Origin: Escherichia coli
GTDB taxonomy: Bacteria > Pseudomonadota > Gammaproteobacteria > Enterobacterales > Enterobacteriaceae
NCBI RefSeq assembly: GCF_003991155.1
Contig: NZ_CP031293.1
Strand: one strand, 5' to 3'
Length of the DNA stretch: 64,000 nucleotides
Below the pieces are notes generated by a model. The model had not been told where the DNA came from, searched no databases, and saw only the letters and a program-made list of their open reading frames with translations. Position numbers and translations under genes: made by a program. Below, piece after piece: positions 14,134 to 27,529 of this stretch (positions are counted from its first letter, which is position 1; each line of letters starts with the position of its first letter).

Positions 14134-14508
14134 ATGGATGAATACTCACCCAAAAGACATGATATCGCACAGCTTAAGTTTCTCTGTGAAACCCTGTATC
14201 ATGACTGTCTTGCAAACCTTGAAGAAAGCAATCATGGCTGGGTTAACGACCCAACCTCGGCGATCAACCTCCAGTTGAATGAACTGATTGAGCATATTGC
14301 GACCTTCGCACTTAATTACAAAATTAAGTATAATGAAGACAATAAGCTCATTGAGCAGATCGACGAATATCTGGATGACACCTTTATGTTGTTCAGCAGT
14401 TATGGTATTAATATGCAGGATCTTCAGAAATGGCGGAAGTCAGGTAATCGACTATTCCGTTGTTTTGTCAATGCGACGAAAGAGAATCCTGCGAGTTTAT
14501 CTTGTTAG
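14134..14508 (+). CDS. tomB: Hha toxicity modulator TomB (YbaJ)
   Basis: 124-aa [43 protein letters not shown]; immediately upstream of hha. Confidence 0.9.
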
Positions 14509-14533
14509 AATTATTACAACCATGGGTAGAAGT

Positions 14534-14752
14534 ATGTCCGAAAAACCTTTAACGAAAACCGATTATTTAATGCGTTTACGTCGTTGCCAGACAATTGACA
14601 CGCTGGAGCGTGTTATCGAGAAAAATAAATACGAATTATCAGATAATGAACTGGCGGTATTTTACTCAGCCGCAGATCACCGCCTCGCCGAATTGACTAT
14701 GAATAAACTGTACGACAAGATCCCTTCCTCAGTATGGAAATTTATTCGCTAA
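14534..14752 (+). CDS. hha: Haemolysin expression modulator Hha
   Basis: 72-aa frame [75 protein letters not shown] at 14534 inside the longer track ORF 14288..14752. Confidence 0.93.
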
Positions 14753-14923
14753 TAAATAATTCGCTTTCGGAGCTATAACCAGCTGTTTATTAAGAATTTT
14801 ATACTTTATCGCCATGAAGGCATACCCTATGTGATCTTCATCACACAGACGTAATGGGAACGTTCTCTTCACTGACTTTTCGTCTTACTGTGTTGCCGCA
14901 TTTTCAGCAACCGGAGGTCAGTA

Positions 14924-15475
14924 ATGAGCACAGAAAAAGAAAAGATGATTGCTGGTGAGTTGTATCGCTCGGCAGATGAGACGTTATCTCGCGATCGCCT
15001 GCGCGCTCGTCAGCTTATTCACCGATACAATCATTCCCTGGCGGAAGAGCACACATTACGCCAGCAAATTCTCGCTGAATTATTCGGTCAGGTGACAGAG
15101 GCTTATATTGAGCCAACGTTTCGCTGTGACTATGGCTATAACATTTTTCTCGGCAATAATTTTTTCGCCAACTTCGATTGCGTGATGCTTGATGTCTGCC
15201 CTATTCGCATCGGTGATAACTGTATGTTGGCACCAGGCGTTCATATCTACACGGCAACACATCCCATCGACCCTGTAGCACGTAATAGCGGTGCTGAACT
15301 GGGGAAACCCGTCACCATCGGTAATAACGTCTGGATTGGCGGACGCGCGATCATTAACCCTGGTGTGACCATTGGTGATAACGTCGTGGTAGCCTCAGGT
15401 GCAGTTGTCACAAAAGATGTCCCGGACAACGTTGTCGTGGGCGGTAATCCAGCCAGAATCATTAAAAAATTGTAA
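14924..15475 (+). CDS. maa: Maltose O-acetyltransferase (hexapeptide-repeat acyltransferase)
   Basis: 183-aa ORF with left-handed beta-helix hexapeptide repeats ([45 protein letters not shown]). Confidence 0.93.
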   Translation: MSTEKEKMIAGELYRSADETLSRDRLRARQLIHRYNHSLAEEHTLRQQILAELFGQVTEAYIEPTFRCDYGYNIFLGNNFFANFDCVMLDVCPIRIGDNCMLAPGVHIYTATHPIDPVARNSGAELGKPVTIGNNVWIGGRAIINPGVTIGDNVVVASGAVVTKDVPDNVVVGGNPARIIKKL

Positions 15476-15590
15476 CCTGTTTTTCGCAACTGTTATGCAA
15501 AATCGTGGCAAATCTGTTACTTTCCCTCTACTATTCCCACGTTAAAATAGGGTGTTCCCTGGAAAGTTGCAGATACCACGAAGGCAAACG

Positions 15591-16061
15591 ATGACCGAAA
15601 TACAACGCCTGCTGACCGAAACGATTGAGTCTCTGAATACCCGCGAAAAACGCGACAACAAACCCCGCTTTAGTATCAGTTTTATCCGTAAACATCCGGG
15701 GCTGTTTATCGGTATGTATGTTGCTTTTTTTGCCACCCTGGCGGTGATGTTGCAGTCCGAAACGCTTTCAGGCTCTGTCTGGCTACTGGTTGTATTATTT
15801 ATCCTGCTTAATGGTTTCTTCTTTTTCGATGTCTACCCACGCTACCGCTATGAAGATATCGACGTGCTGGATTTCCGCGTTTGCTATAACGGCGAATGGT
15901 ACAACACGCGCTTTGTACCTGCCGCGCTGGTTGAAGCCATCTTGAACTCTCCGCGTGTCGCGGATGTTCATAAAGAACAACTGCAAAAAATGATCGTCCG
16001 TAAAGGTGAACTGTCTTTTTACGATATTTTTACCCTCGCTCGCGCCGAATCAACATCTTAA
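15591..16061 (+). CDS. ylaC: Inner membrane protein YlaC
   Basis: ORF 15552..16061; start placed at ATG 15591 ([27 protein letters not shown]); two predicted TM segments. Confidence 0.85.
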
Positions 16062-16218
16062 GTTAGGGTTACATACCAGGCGTAAAGCTCTGCGCCTGGT
16101 CAAATGACAACGTTCGTTTCCACCCATCCCTTCATGAAATCCCGGCTCTACCTCCTTATCTCCTGCCAGCCTTTTTCCACAATCAGATATACTTTCCCTA
16201 CACTGTGTTAATAAGGAT

Positions 16219-17775
16219 ATGCTGGTGAGAACACGACATCTGGTCGGCCTTATTTCGGGAGTACTGATTCTTTCAGTATTGCTGCCTGTCGGCTTAAGCA
16301 TCTGGCTGGCCCATCAGCAGGTAGAAACATCATTTATTGAAGAGCTGAATACCTATTCCTCCCGCGTCGCTATTCGGGCCAATAAGGTGGCGACACAAGG
16401 GAAAGATGCGCTGCAAGAGCTGGAAAGATGGCAAGGCGCTGCCTGTAGCGAAGCCCATCTCATGGAAATGCGTCGGGTATCTTACAGTTATCGCTATATT
16501 CAGGAAGTGGTTTATATCGATAACAACGTTCCCCTGTGTTCGTCTCTGGAGCATGAAAGCCCACCCGATGCCTTCCCCGAGCCAGGTAAAATTTCGAAAG
16601 ATGGTTATCGTGTCTGGTTAACATCGCATAACGATTTAGGCATTATCCGTTACATGGTCGCCATGGGAACGGCACATTATGTCGTCATGATCGACCCCGC
16701 TTCCTTTATTGATGTCATTCCCTATAGCTCATGGCAAATTGATGCCGCCATTATTGGCAATGCCCATAACGTTGTGATAACCAGCAGCGATGAAATTGCT
16801 CAGGGAATTATTACCAGACTACAAAAAACACCCGGTGAGCATATCGAAAATAATGGAATCATTTACGATATCCTGCCCTTACCGGAGATGAATATTTCGA
16901 TCATCACCTGGGCTTCAACGAAAATGTTGCAGAAAGGCTGGCATCGGCAAGTCTTTATTTGGTTACCGCTCGGGTTGGTGATTGGCCTGCTGGCAGCGAT
17001 GTTTGTGCTGCGTATTTTGCGCCGTATCCAGTCACCGCATCATCGGCTGCAGGATGCTATCGAAAATCGTGATATTTGCGTGCACTATCAGCCGATTGTC
17101 TCCTTAGCCAATGGCAAAATTGTCGGTGCTGAGGCACTGGCGCGCTGGCCGCAGACAGACGGTAGTTGGTTGTCACCAGATAGTTTTATTCCGCTGGCAC
17201 AGCAAACGGGCCTTTCTGAGCCATTGACGCTACTGATTATAAGAAGCGTCTTTGAAGATATGGGCGACTGGCTGCGTCAGCATCCTCAGCAGCATATTTC
17301 GATCAATCTTGAATCCACCGTGCTCACCTCGGAAAAAATCCCGCAATTGCTGCGTGAAATGATCAATCACTATCAGGTTAATCCCAGACAGATCGCGCTT
17401 GAACTCACTGAACGCGAGTTTGCCGATCCGAAAACCAGCGCCCCGATAATTTCTCGCTACCGGGAGGCGGGCCATGAAATTTATCTCGATGATTTTGGTA
17501 CGGGGTATTCAAGTTTAAGCTATTTACAGGATCTGGATGTCGACATTCTGAAGATCGATAAATCTTTCGTTGATGCGCTGGAATATAAAAATGTCACGCC
17601 ACATATCATCGAAATGGCAAAAACACTGAAACTGAAAATGGTAGCGGAGGGAATCGAAACCAGTAAACAAGAAGAGTGGCTACGCCAGCATGGCGTGCAC
17701 TACGGCCAGGGCTGGCTCTACAGCAAGGCATTACCGAAAGAGGATTTCTTACGCTGGGCCGAGCAACATTTGTGA
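16219..17775 (+). CDS. pdeB: c-di-GMP phosphodiesterase PdeB (YlaB), CSS-motif sensor plus EAL domain
   Basis: 518-aa ORF; N-terminal TM segment, periplasmic CSS region, C-terminal EAL domain (EALARW...DDFGTGYSSLSYL). The canonical start may be the GTG two codons downstream (16225). Confidence 0.88.
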   Translation: MLVRTRHLVGLISGVLILSVLLPVGLSIWLAHQQVETSFIEELNTYSSRVAIRANKVATQGKDALQELERWQGAACSEAHLMEMRRVSYSYRYIQEVVYIDNNVPLCSSLEHESPPDAFPEPGKISKDGYRVWLTSHNDLGIIRYMVAMGTAHYVVMIDPASFIDVIPYSSWQIDAAIIGNAHNVVITSSDEIAQGIITRLQKTPGEHIENNGIIYDILPLPEMNISIITWASTKMLQKGWHRQVFIWLPLGLVIGLLAAMFVLRILRRIQSPHHRLQDAIENRDICVHYQPIVSLANGKIVGAEALARWPQTDGSWLSPDSFIPLAQQTGLSEPLTLLIIRSVFEDMGDWLRQHPQQHISINLESTVLTSEKIPQLLREMINHYQVNPRQIALELTEREFADPKTSAPIISRYREAGHEIYLDDFGTGYSSLSYLQDLDVDILKIDKSFVDALEYKNVTPHIIEMAKTLKLKMVAEGIETSKQEEWLRQHGVHYGQGWLYSKALPKEDFLRWAEQHL

Positions 17776-17816
17776 ATTTTTGGGCTGACGGCACGCCGCA
17801 CAGCCCGTCACGCTAC

Positions 17817-18170
17817 CTATTCGTCGATGATTGACTCGAATCCGCCATAGATCATTCGCTTACCATCAAACGGCATGGACTCGCCGAACTCTTTCATCCG
17901 TGGGTCCGACATCATCTTTTGATTAGCAGCGTCGCGGACCTCTTTTGAAGGGTATTCAATCCAGCTAAAGACAACCTCTTCATTCTCTTCAGCTTTTACC
18001 GCCATACGAAAATCGGTCACTTTGCCATCCGGTACATCGCTGGCCCAGCATTCGACAATACGAAGCGCGCCAAACTCTTTAAACAATGGCGCGGCCTTAG
18101 CGGCCATTTCCCGATAGGCATCCTTTTTATCGGCAGGAACGGCAACCACAAAACCATCAACATACTTCAT
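17817..18170 (-). CDS. ybaA: DUF1428 protein YbaA
   Basis: 117-aa ORF MKYVDGFVVAVPADKKDAYREMAAKAAPLFKEFGALRIVECWASDVPDGK. Confidence 0.88.
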   Translation of the reverse strand: MKYVDGFVVAVPADKKDAYREMAAKAAPLFKEFGALRIVECWASDVPDGKVTDFRMAVKAEENEEVVFSWIEYPSKEVRDAANQKMMSDPRMKEFGESMPFDGKRMIYGGFESIIDE

Positions 18171-18280
18171 CAGACATACCTCCGAAGCGTACTGCGCAGC
18201 CAGACAATTCTTGCGACGTCAGTTGTGGTTAAAGTTTAGCCATGTTGGGATTTTTTGACGAAACGGTGGGAGGTAGAAAT

Positions 18281-18394
18281 GGGTGGGGGCCCTGCCAGCT
18301 ACATCCCGGCACACGCGTCATCTGCCTTGGCTGCTTCCTTCCGGACCTGACCTGGTAAACAGAGTAGCGTTGCGGGAGAACCAACAGAGCCCCC
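18281..18394 (-). ncRNA. ffs: 4.5S RNA (signal recognition particle RNA)
   Basis: Reverse complement of 18281-18394 reads GGGGGCUCUGUUGGUUCUCCCGCAACGCUACUCUGUUUACCAGGUCAGGUCCGGAAGGAAGCAGCCAAGGCAGAUGACGCGUGUGCCGGGAUGUAGCUGGCAGGGCCCCCACCC, matching 4.5S RNA from memory. Exact ends are +/- 2 nt. Confidence 0.93.
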
Positions 18395-18470
18395 ATTGAG
18401 AGCGTTGAGAACCAACGCGCAGGCGCATTATCACTGCTGCCCCGGCTAATTGCAACCCATTGCGTGCCGG

Positions 18471-18860
18471 ATGCTGGTTTCTTGCGCAATGCGACTTCAC
18501 TCGGGCGTTTTTCCAGATTATGCTGAAAAATTACCTCAGGAAGAAAAGATGGAAAAAGAAGATTCATTTCCCCAACGCGTCTGGCAAATCGTCGCCGCTA
18601 TTCCCGAAGGCTATGTCACCACTTACGGTGATGTGGCGAAACTGGCAGGATCGCCCCGCGCCGCGCGCCAGGTGGGCGGTGTGTTAAAGCGTCTCCCTGA
18701 AGGCAGCACCTTGCCCTGGCACCGGGTGGTTAATCGCCACGGCACAATTTCGCTAACCGGACCGGATTTACAGCGTCAACGACAGGCATTACTGGCAGAA
18801 GGTGTGATGGTATCGGGAAGCGGGCAAATCGACTTGCAGCGTTATCGCTGGAACTACTAA
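18471..18860 (+). CDS. atl: DNA base-flipping alkyltransferase-like protein Atl (YbaZ)
   Basis: ORF 18450..18860; start placed at MLVSCAMRLHSGVFPDYAEK (129 aa); O6-alkylguanine-transferase-like DNA-binding domain. Confidence 0.85.
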   Translation: MLVSCAMRLHSGVFPDYAEKLPQEEKMEKEDSFPQRVWQIVAAIPEGYVTTYGDVAKLAGSPRAARQVGGVLKRLPEGSTLPWHRVVNRHGTISLTGPDLQRQRQALLAEGVMVSGSGQIDLQRYRWNY

Positions 18861-18890
18861 CCCTCTCCGGGCGGAGAGGGTTAACTGCGC

Positions 18891-19463
18891 TTAATATTGC
18901 GTAGGAGCTGGAACTGCCGAAGACGGATTCACCTGAGTTGGTGAAGTCGAAGGTACGGTAGTCGTTGCGCCACCGCTGGCCTGAACCGGCACGGCGGTTT
19001 GCTGCACCGGCACCAATGTCAGGTCGGCTTTAGTTCCGCCCTGGTTGATCACCGGCTGAACGGTATCGGTAATAAATACCAGTTTGTCATTCACGGTAAT
19101 CGCCGCACTCAACAGAATACGCGCATTCGGCTGAACATCTGCCGGGTTAAATGGCAGAACAAAGCTGAATGGTGACTGTTTACCTTCGGTACGCACCGCT
19201 TTCTGCGCCAGCACTTTCGACGGCGCATCGGCTAAAGACGCGTCAGAAAGTGTCACGGTCAGCACGGCATCAGGCGGCAGTGCGACTTTCTGACGGATCC
19301 AAACGGTACCGGAGACATTCGGTTGCTGGATAGCAGGTTGTTGTGTTGCTGAAATAGACGTATTTGCAGCCGGTGCTGGCGTCTGAATATCCGCGCTTTT
19401 ATCTGCGCAAGCCGCCAACGCAATCGCAACCGCTAAACCACTGGCCATGTGCACGAGTTTCAT
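18891..19463 (-). CDS. ybaY: Lipoprotein YbaY
   Basis: 190-aa ORF MKLVHMASGLAVAIALAACADKSADIQ (lipobox LAAC). Confidence 0.88.
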   Translation of the reverse strand: MKLVHMASGLAVAIALAACADKSADIQTPAPAANTSISATQQPAIQQPNVSGTVWIRQKVALPPDAVLTVTLSDASLADAPSKVLAQKAVRTEGKQSPFSFVLPFNPADVQPNARILLSAAITVNDKLVFITDTVQPVINQGGTKADLTLVPVQQTAVPVQASGGATTTVPSTSPTQVNPSSAVPAPTQY

Positions 19464-19680
19464 TCACTTCTCCTTATTATCAATGCACCAGCGGGCTAAC
19501 TTTCCTCGCCGGAAGAGTGGTTAACAAAATAGTAACGTCAACAAGTGTGGCACACATCACGCATTTCTGCCTGTAATTAGCCCGTAATTCAGACTATTGC
19601 ACCCATCGGACCAGTGGCAAATTTGCGTTATACTCAACTCACTTTGGCTTGCTGCGGCAGCTTTGTTACTGGAGAGTTAT

Positions 19681-20541
19681 ATGAGTCAGGCGCTAAAAAA
19701 TTTACTGACATTGTTAAATCTGGAAAAAATTGAGGAAGGACTCTTTCGCGGCCAGAGTGAAGATTTAGGTTTACGCCAGGTGTTTGGCGGCCAGGTCGTG
19801 GGTCAGGCCTTGTATGCTGCAAAAGAGACCGTCCCTGAAGAGCGGCTGGTACATTCGTTTCACAGCTACTTTCTTCGCCCAGGTGATAGTAAGAAGCCGA
19901 TTATTTATGATGTCGAAACGCTGCGTGACGGTAACAGCTTCAGCGCCCGCCGGGTTGCTGCTATTCAAAACGGCAAACCGATTTTTTATATGACTGCCTC
20001 TTTCCAGGCACCAGAAGCGGGTTTCGAACATCAAAAAACAATGCCGTCCGCGCCAGCGCCTGATGGCCTGCCTTCGGAAACGCAAATCGCCCAATCGCTG
20101 GCGCACCTGCTGCCGCCAGTGCTGAAAGATAAATTCATCTGCGATCGTCCGCTTGAAGTCCGTCCGGTGGAGTTTCATAACCCACTGAAAGGGCACGTCG
20201 CAGAACCGCATCGTCAGGTGTGGATCCGCGCAAATGGTAGCGTGCCGGATGATCTGCGCGTTCATCAGTATCTGCTCGGTTACGCTTCTGATCTTAACTT
20301 CCTGCCGGTAGCTCTACAGCCGCACGGCATCGGTTTTCTCGAACCAGGAATTCAGATAGCGACCATCGACCATTCCATGTGGTTCCATCGCCCGTTTAAT
20401 TTGAATGAATGGCTGCTGTATAGCGTGGAGAGCACCTCGGCGTCCAGCGCACGCGGCTTTGTGCGCGGTGAGTTTTATACTCAGGACGGCGTGCTGGTTG
20501 CCTCGACCGTTCAGGAAGGGGTAATGCGTAATCACAATTAA
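19681..20541 (+). CDS. tesB: Acyl-CoA thioesterase II
   Basis: ORF 19597..20541; canonical start [47 protein letters not shown] at ATG 19681 (286 aa). Confidence 0.93.
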
Positions 20542-20580
20542 AAAAATAGCCGGAGGTGAAAACCGTCCGGCTGTTTTTTG
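20541..20580. terminator. Bidirectional intrinsic terminator between convergent tesB and amtB
   Basis: AAAAAAATAGCCGGAGGTGAAAACCGTCCGGCTGTTTTTTG: stem AGCCGGA/TCCGGCT flanked by an A-tract and a T-tract. Confidence 0.8.
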
Positions 20581-20589
20581 CAGTGCTTG

Positions 20590-21876
20590 TTACGCGTTAT
20601 AGGCATTCTCGCCGTGGCTGTTGACGTCCAGCCCTTCTCGCTCCTGTTCTTCCGGTACACGCAGACCAACCGTCAGATCCGCCAGTTTGTAGCCAATAAA
20701 CGCCACCACACCGGACCAGACGATCGTAATGGCGATGCTTTCCAGCTGTACCAGCAACTGATGGCCCATCGTCACACCTTCAGCGAAGCCCACGCCGCCC
20801 AGCGAGCTGGCGGCAAAAATCCCGGTCATGATACAGCCGACAATGCCACAAACGCCGTGCACACCGAAAACATCGCAGGGATCATCCACCCGCAGCAAAC
20901 GTTTGAGCATGGTAACGCCCCACAAGCCCGCCAGACCAGCTACCACGCCGATAATCAACGCGCCGCCAACCCCAATGTAGCCACAGGCTGGCGTCACGCC
21001 GACCAGACCGGCAATCGCGCCAGAACACGCTCCCAGCAGTGAAGGCTTACCGCGCAGCGCCCATTCACCGAAGATCCAGCCAAGAATTGCTGCCGCCGTT
21101 GCGACCACAGTATTCACAAATGCCAGTGCTGCGATTTCATTCGCCGTGCCCGCTGACCCGGCGTTAAAGCCAAACCAACCGATATAGAGAATGGCAGTCC
21201 CGGTGAAGACCATCGGCAGGTTGTGCGGTTTAAACGCCTCTTTGCCGAAGCCCACGCGTTTGCCTATCAGATACGCGCCCACCAGACCGGCGATTGCGGC
21301 GTTAATGTGCACCACCGTGCCACCCGCGAAATCCAGTGCACCGTGAGAAGCCAGCAAACCGCCGCCCCAGACCATATGCGCAATCGGAATGTAGGAGAGC
21401 GTCAGCCATACCACCACGAAAATCAACACAGCTGAGAAGCGGATTCGTTCCGCCAGTGCTCCAACTATCAAGCCTACGGTAATGCAGGCAAACGATCCCT
21501 GAAACGCTACGTGGATATACTGATAAATGCTGCCCATCACCGCCGTCAGTTCGATGTTTTTCAGCATCAACCAGTTAATGTTGCCGAAGAAGTTGTTTCC
21601 CTCACCAAACGCCAGCGAGTAACCGTAAACCACCCAGAGAATACAGACCAGTGCAAACGTCACCGTCACCTGCGTCAGCATCGACAGCACGTTTTTGCCG
21701 CGAATCAACCCACCGTAAAACAGGGCAATCCCCGGAATAGTCATAAACAGCACCAGCGCAGTACAAATCATCATAAACGCATTGTCGGCTTTATCGGCCA
21801 CCGCAGGTGCAGCCATTACCAGTCCCGGCAGCATCGCCAGTGAAGCAAGCCCAGTTTTTATCGTCGCTATCTTCAT
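20590..21876 (-). CDS. amtB: Ammonium transporter AmtB
   Basis: 428-aa ORF MKIATIKTGLASLAMLPGLVMAAPAVADKADNAFMMICTALVLFMTIPGIALFYGG; Amt/MEP family. Confidence 0.96.
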   Translation of the reverse strand: MKIATIKTGLASLAMLPGLVMAAPAVADKADNAFMMICTALVLFMTIPGIALFYGGLIRGKNVLSMLTQVTVTFALVCILWVVYGYSLAFGEGNNFFGNINWLMLKNIELTAVMGSIYQYIHVAFQGSFACITVGLIVGALAERIRFSAVLIFVVVWLTLSYIPIAHMVWGGGLLASHGALDFAGGTVVHINAAIAGLVGAYLIGKRVGFGKEAFKPHNLPMVFTGTAILYIGWFGFNAGSAGTANEIAALAFVNTVVATAAAILGWIFGEWALRGKPSLLGACSGAIAGLVGVTPACGYIGVGGALIIGVVAGLAGLWGVTMLKRLLRVDDPCDVFGVHGVCGIVGCIMTGIFAASSLGGVGFAEGVTMGHQLLVQLESIAITIVWSGVVAFIGYKLADLTVGLRVPEEQEREGLDVNSHGENAYNA

Positions 21877-21905
21877 TTTTCGTTCCTGTTGCTGTGTGCC
21901 AGAGA

Positions 21906-22244
21906 TTACAGCGCCGCTTCGTCGGCTTCGCCGGTACGAATACGAATGACGCGTTGCAATTCAGCGACGAAGATTTTGCCGTCGCCAATTTTTCCGGTGT
22001 AAGCCGCCTTACTGACGATATCAATCACTTCATCGAGTTGGTCATCAGCAATCGCCACATCAATTTTTACTTTTGGCAGGAAGTTGACGCTGTATTCCGC
22101 CCCCCGGTACAGCTCGGCATGCCCTTTCTGACGCCCGAAACCTTTCACTTCGGTGACGGTCAGGCCCTGAATACCAATGGAAGATAACGCTTCACGAACG
22201 TCTTCCAGCTTGAATGGTTTGATTATCACGGTCACCAGCTTCAT
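21906..22244 (-). CDS. glnK: Nitrogen regulatory protein P-II 2 (GlnK)
   Basis: ORF 21906..22382; canonical 112-aa start MKLVTVIIKPFKLEDVREALSSIGIQGLTVTEVKGFGRQKGH at 22242-22244. Confidence 0.95.
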   Translation of the reverse strand: MKLVTVIIKPFKLEDVREALSSIGIQGLTVTEVKGFGRQKGHAELYRGAEYSVNFLPKVKIDVAIADDQLDEVIDIVSKAAYTGKIGDGKIFVAELQRVIRIRTGEADEAAL

Positions 22245-22295
22245 AGATCCCCTCCGGTCAGAATTCGGTAATGGTTCTGCTACACGAAGAAGGTA

Positions 22296-22312
22296 TTGCA
22301 AGCGGTGTGCCA
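22296..22312 (-). promoter_or_regulatory. Sigma-54 (-24/-12) promoter of the glnK-amtB operon
   Basis: Minus-strand sequence TGGCACACCGCTTGCA (GG-N10-GC spacing), about 55 nt upstream of the glnK start. Upstream palindromes (GCACTATGACAGTGC at 22364-22380; TGCACCA near 22397) could be NtrC sites. Confidence 0.8.
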
Positions 22313-22424
22313 GAAATGAAAAACGAGAAAGAGAGCAGGAAGTTAAGAAGATTGAAAATGAAAACGCACTATGACAGTGCACAGTGCGTTACATTTTTGC
22401 ACCAACGATCAAATATTGCGCTAT

Positions 22425-25971
<3,547 letters not shown>

Positions 25972-26000
25972 GCGTTGTGTCCTGACCTGATTCTGGATAT

Positions 26001-26459
26001 TTATTCGATGGGTAAAGAAGTGGTGTATTTAATCTGTTCCATCGCGAAGCTGGAAGTGACGTCCGACAGCCCCGGCACGCTGTTTACCAGACGCTTATAA
26101 AACTCGTCGTAGCGTTTCATGTCGGCAACCTGGACGCGCATCAGATAATCGTATTCACCGGCCATGCGCCAGAACCCCAGCACTTCTGGCATTTCGGTAA
26201 CCACCGTGACAAAGCGGCAATACCATTCGCTGCTGTGATGTTGCGTTTTTATCAGCACAAAGGCGGTCAGGCCGAGGCCTATTTTTTCCGGATCCAGCAG
26301 GGCGACTTTGCCGATAAGGATACCGTCGTCCTCCAGCCGTTTCAGACGCTTCCAGCAGGGGGTGGTTGTCAGATTAACGGCTTCAGCCAGTGCCTGCAAA
26401 GAGAGGGTGCAATCCTGCTGTAGCAAGGCCAGCAGCTTACGGTCAATTTTATCTAACAT
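26001..26459 (-). CDS. decR: Lrp/AsnC-family transcriptional regulator DecR (YbaO)
   Basis: ORF 26001..26687; start placed at [48 protein letters not shown] (HTH_AsnC), 152 aa. Confidence 0.9.
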
Positions 26460-26611
26460 AGCCCTTCCACAGAGAATTTTTTTCTCTTTTAATTCTATTT
26501 TAAAGGTGAAATCGCGACAATTTATTCTGTGCGGTTTAAGCACCACGGCACAAAATGACAAATTCAACGCAAAAAAAACCGGGCAATTGCCCGGTGCTGG
26601 AAGGGATCTCG

Positions 26612-27442
26612 TTATTCGGGGGAATAAGGTAGATGTGGATAGTCCAGCCAGTGCGTCAAATAGTGAGAGACAGCCTGATTTCGGCAATGTCCAATCACCG
26701 GTAAATGCGGGAGCTCCGCGCGCAGTTGCGGCATCGCATTGCCCATAATAAATCCGCTACCGACACTGCCTAACATTTCGCGATCGTTCATCGCATCACC
26801 AAAGGCCATGCAATCGCGTAACGATAAACCTAAATGTTGGGTCAGCACCGTCAATGCAGCGCCTTTATTGCAGCCCACCGGCAGCACTTCGAGGCAATCC
26901 GTGGCGGAAAAACATAAATGTGCACGCTCGCCTAATGCTTCGTATAGCTGGATCTGCAAGCGTGTAAGATCGTCGTGATCGCCACAGAAGCAGATCTTGG
27001 TGACGCTGCCGAGTGGCATTTTTTTGACATCGATTATCTGATAACGAAAACCGCTATAGACAAATGCCTGCAACAACGCAGGGATCTCTTTCCCGGTAAA
27101 CCAACCGTCGTCATTGAAGATATGCATGCTGGCTCGGGTATCCCATTGCTGATACAGCACCAGCTCCGCGACATCCGCAGGTAAATCATCACGATGTAAA
27201 AGTTCACCTTCCAGAGAATGCACGCGCGTTCCGTTGCCAGTAATCAAATATGCATCCAGCGATAGCGCCCCGAGAATATGCTGCATCTCCAGCGCATGAC
27301 GCCCCGTGGCAAAAGTGAGGGTAATGTCGCGTTCACGCAGTCGCGCCAAAGTAGAGAGGGTTTTCTCACCTAAATGATGGTCAGGCATCAATAAAGTGCC
27401 ATCCATATCAAATGCTGCCAGACGAGCCATTTCTTTCTCCAC
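26612..27442 (-). CDS. cof: HMP-PP phosphatase Cof (HAD superfamily)
   Basis: ORF with HAD motif I FDMDGTLL. The canonical start is probably [14 protein letters not shown] (27430), four codons inside the track ORF. Confidence 0.9.
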
Positions 27443-27529
27443 TCTGTGACACGGTTAATGGTGATTGAGTATCACCTGATATATACGGAAGTAATAGTGA
27501 ATAGTTAAATAATATTGTTCCGGGTTTAT

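Noticed and set aside
18229-18567. 112-aa minus-strand ORF
   Set aside because: Overlaps the 4.5S RNA gene (ffs) and the atl start; the RNA assignment explains the sequence.
19597-19680. N-terminal extensions of track ORFs (tesB shown; likewise apt, mdlB, decR, lon, bolA, yajG, cyoD, cyoE, yajQ, ribE, ybaB, ylaC, atl)
   Set aside because: Each longer frame begins upstream of the recognisable canonical N-terminus and often overlaps the neighbouring gene or promoter; internal starts matching the known protein were used.
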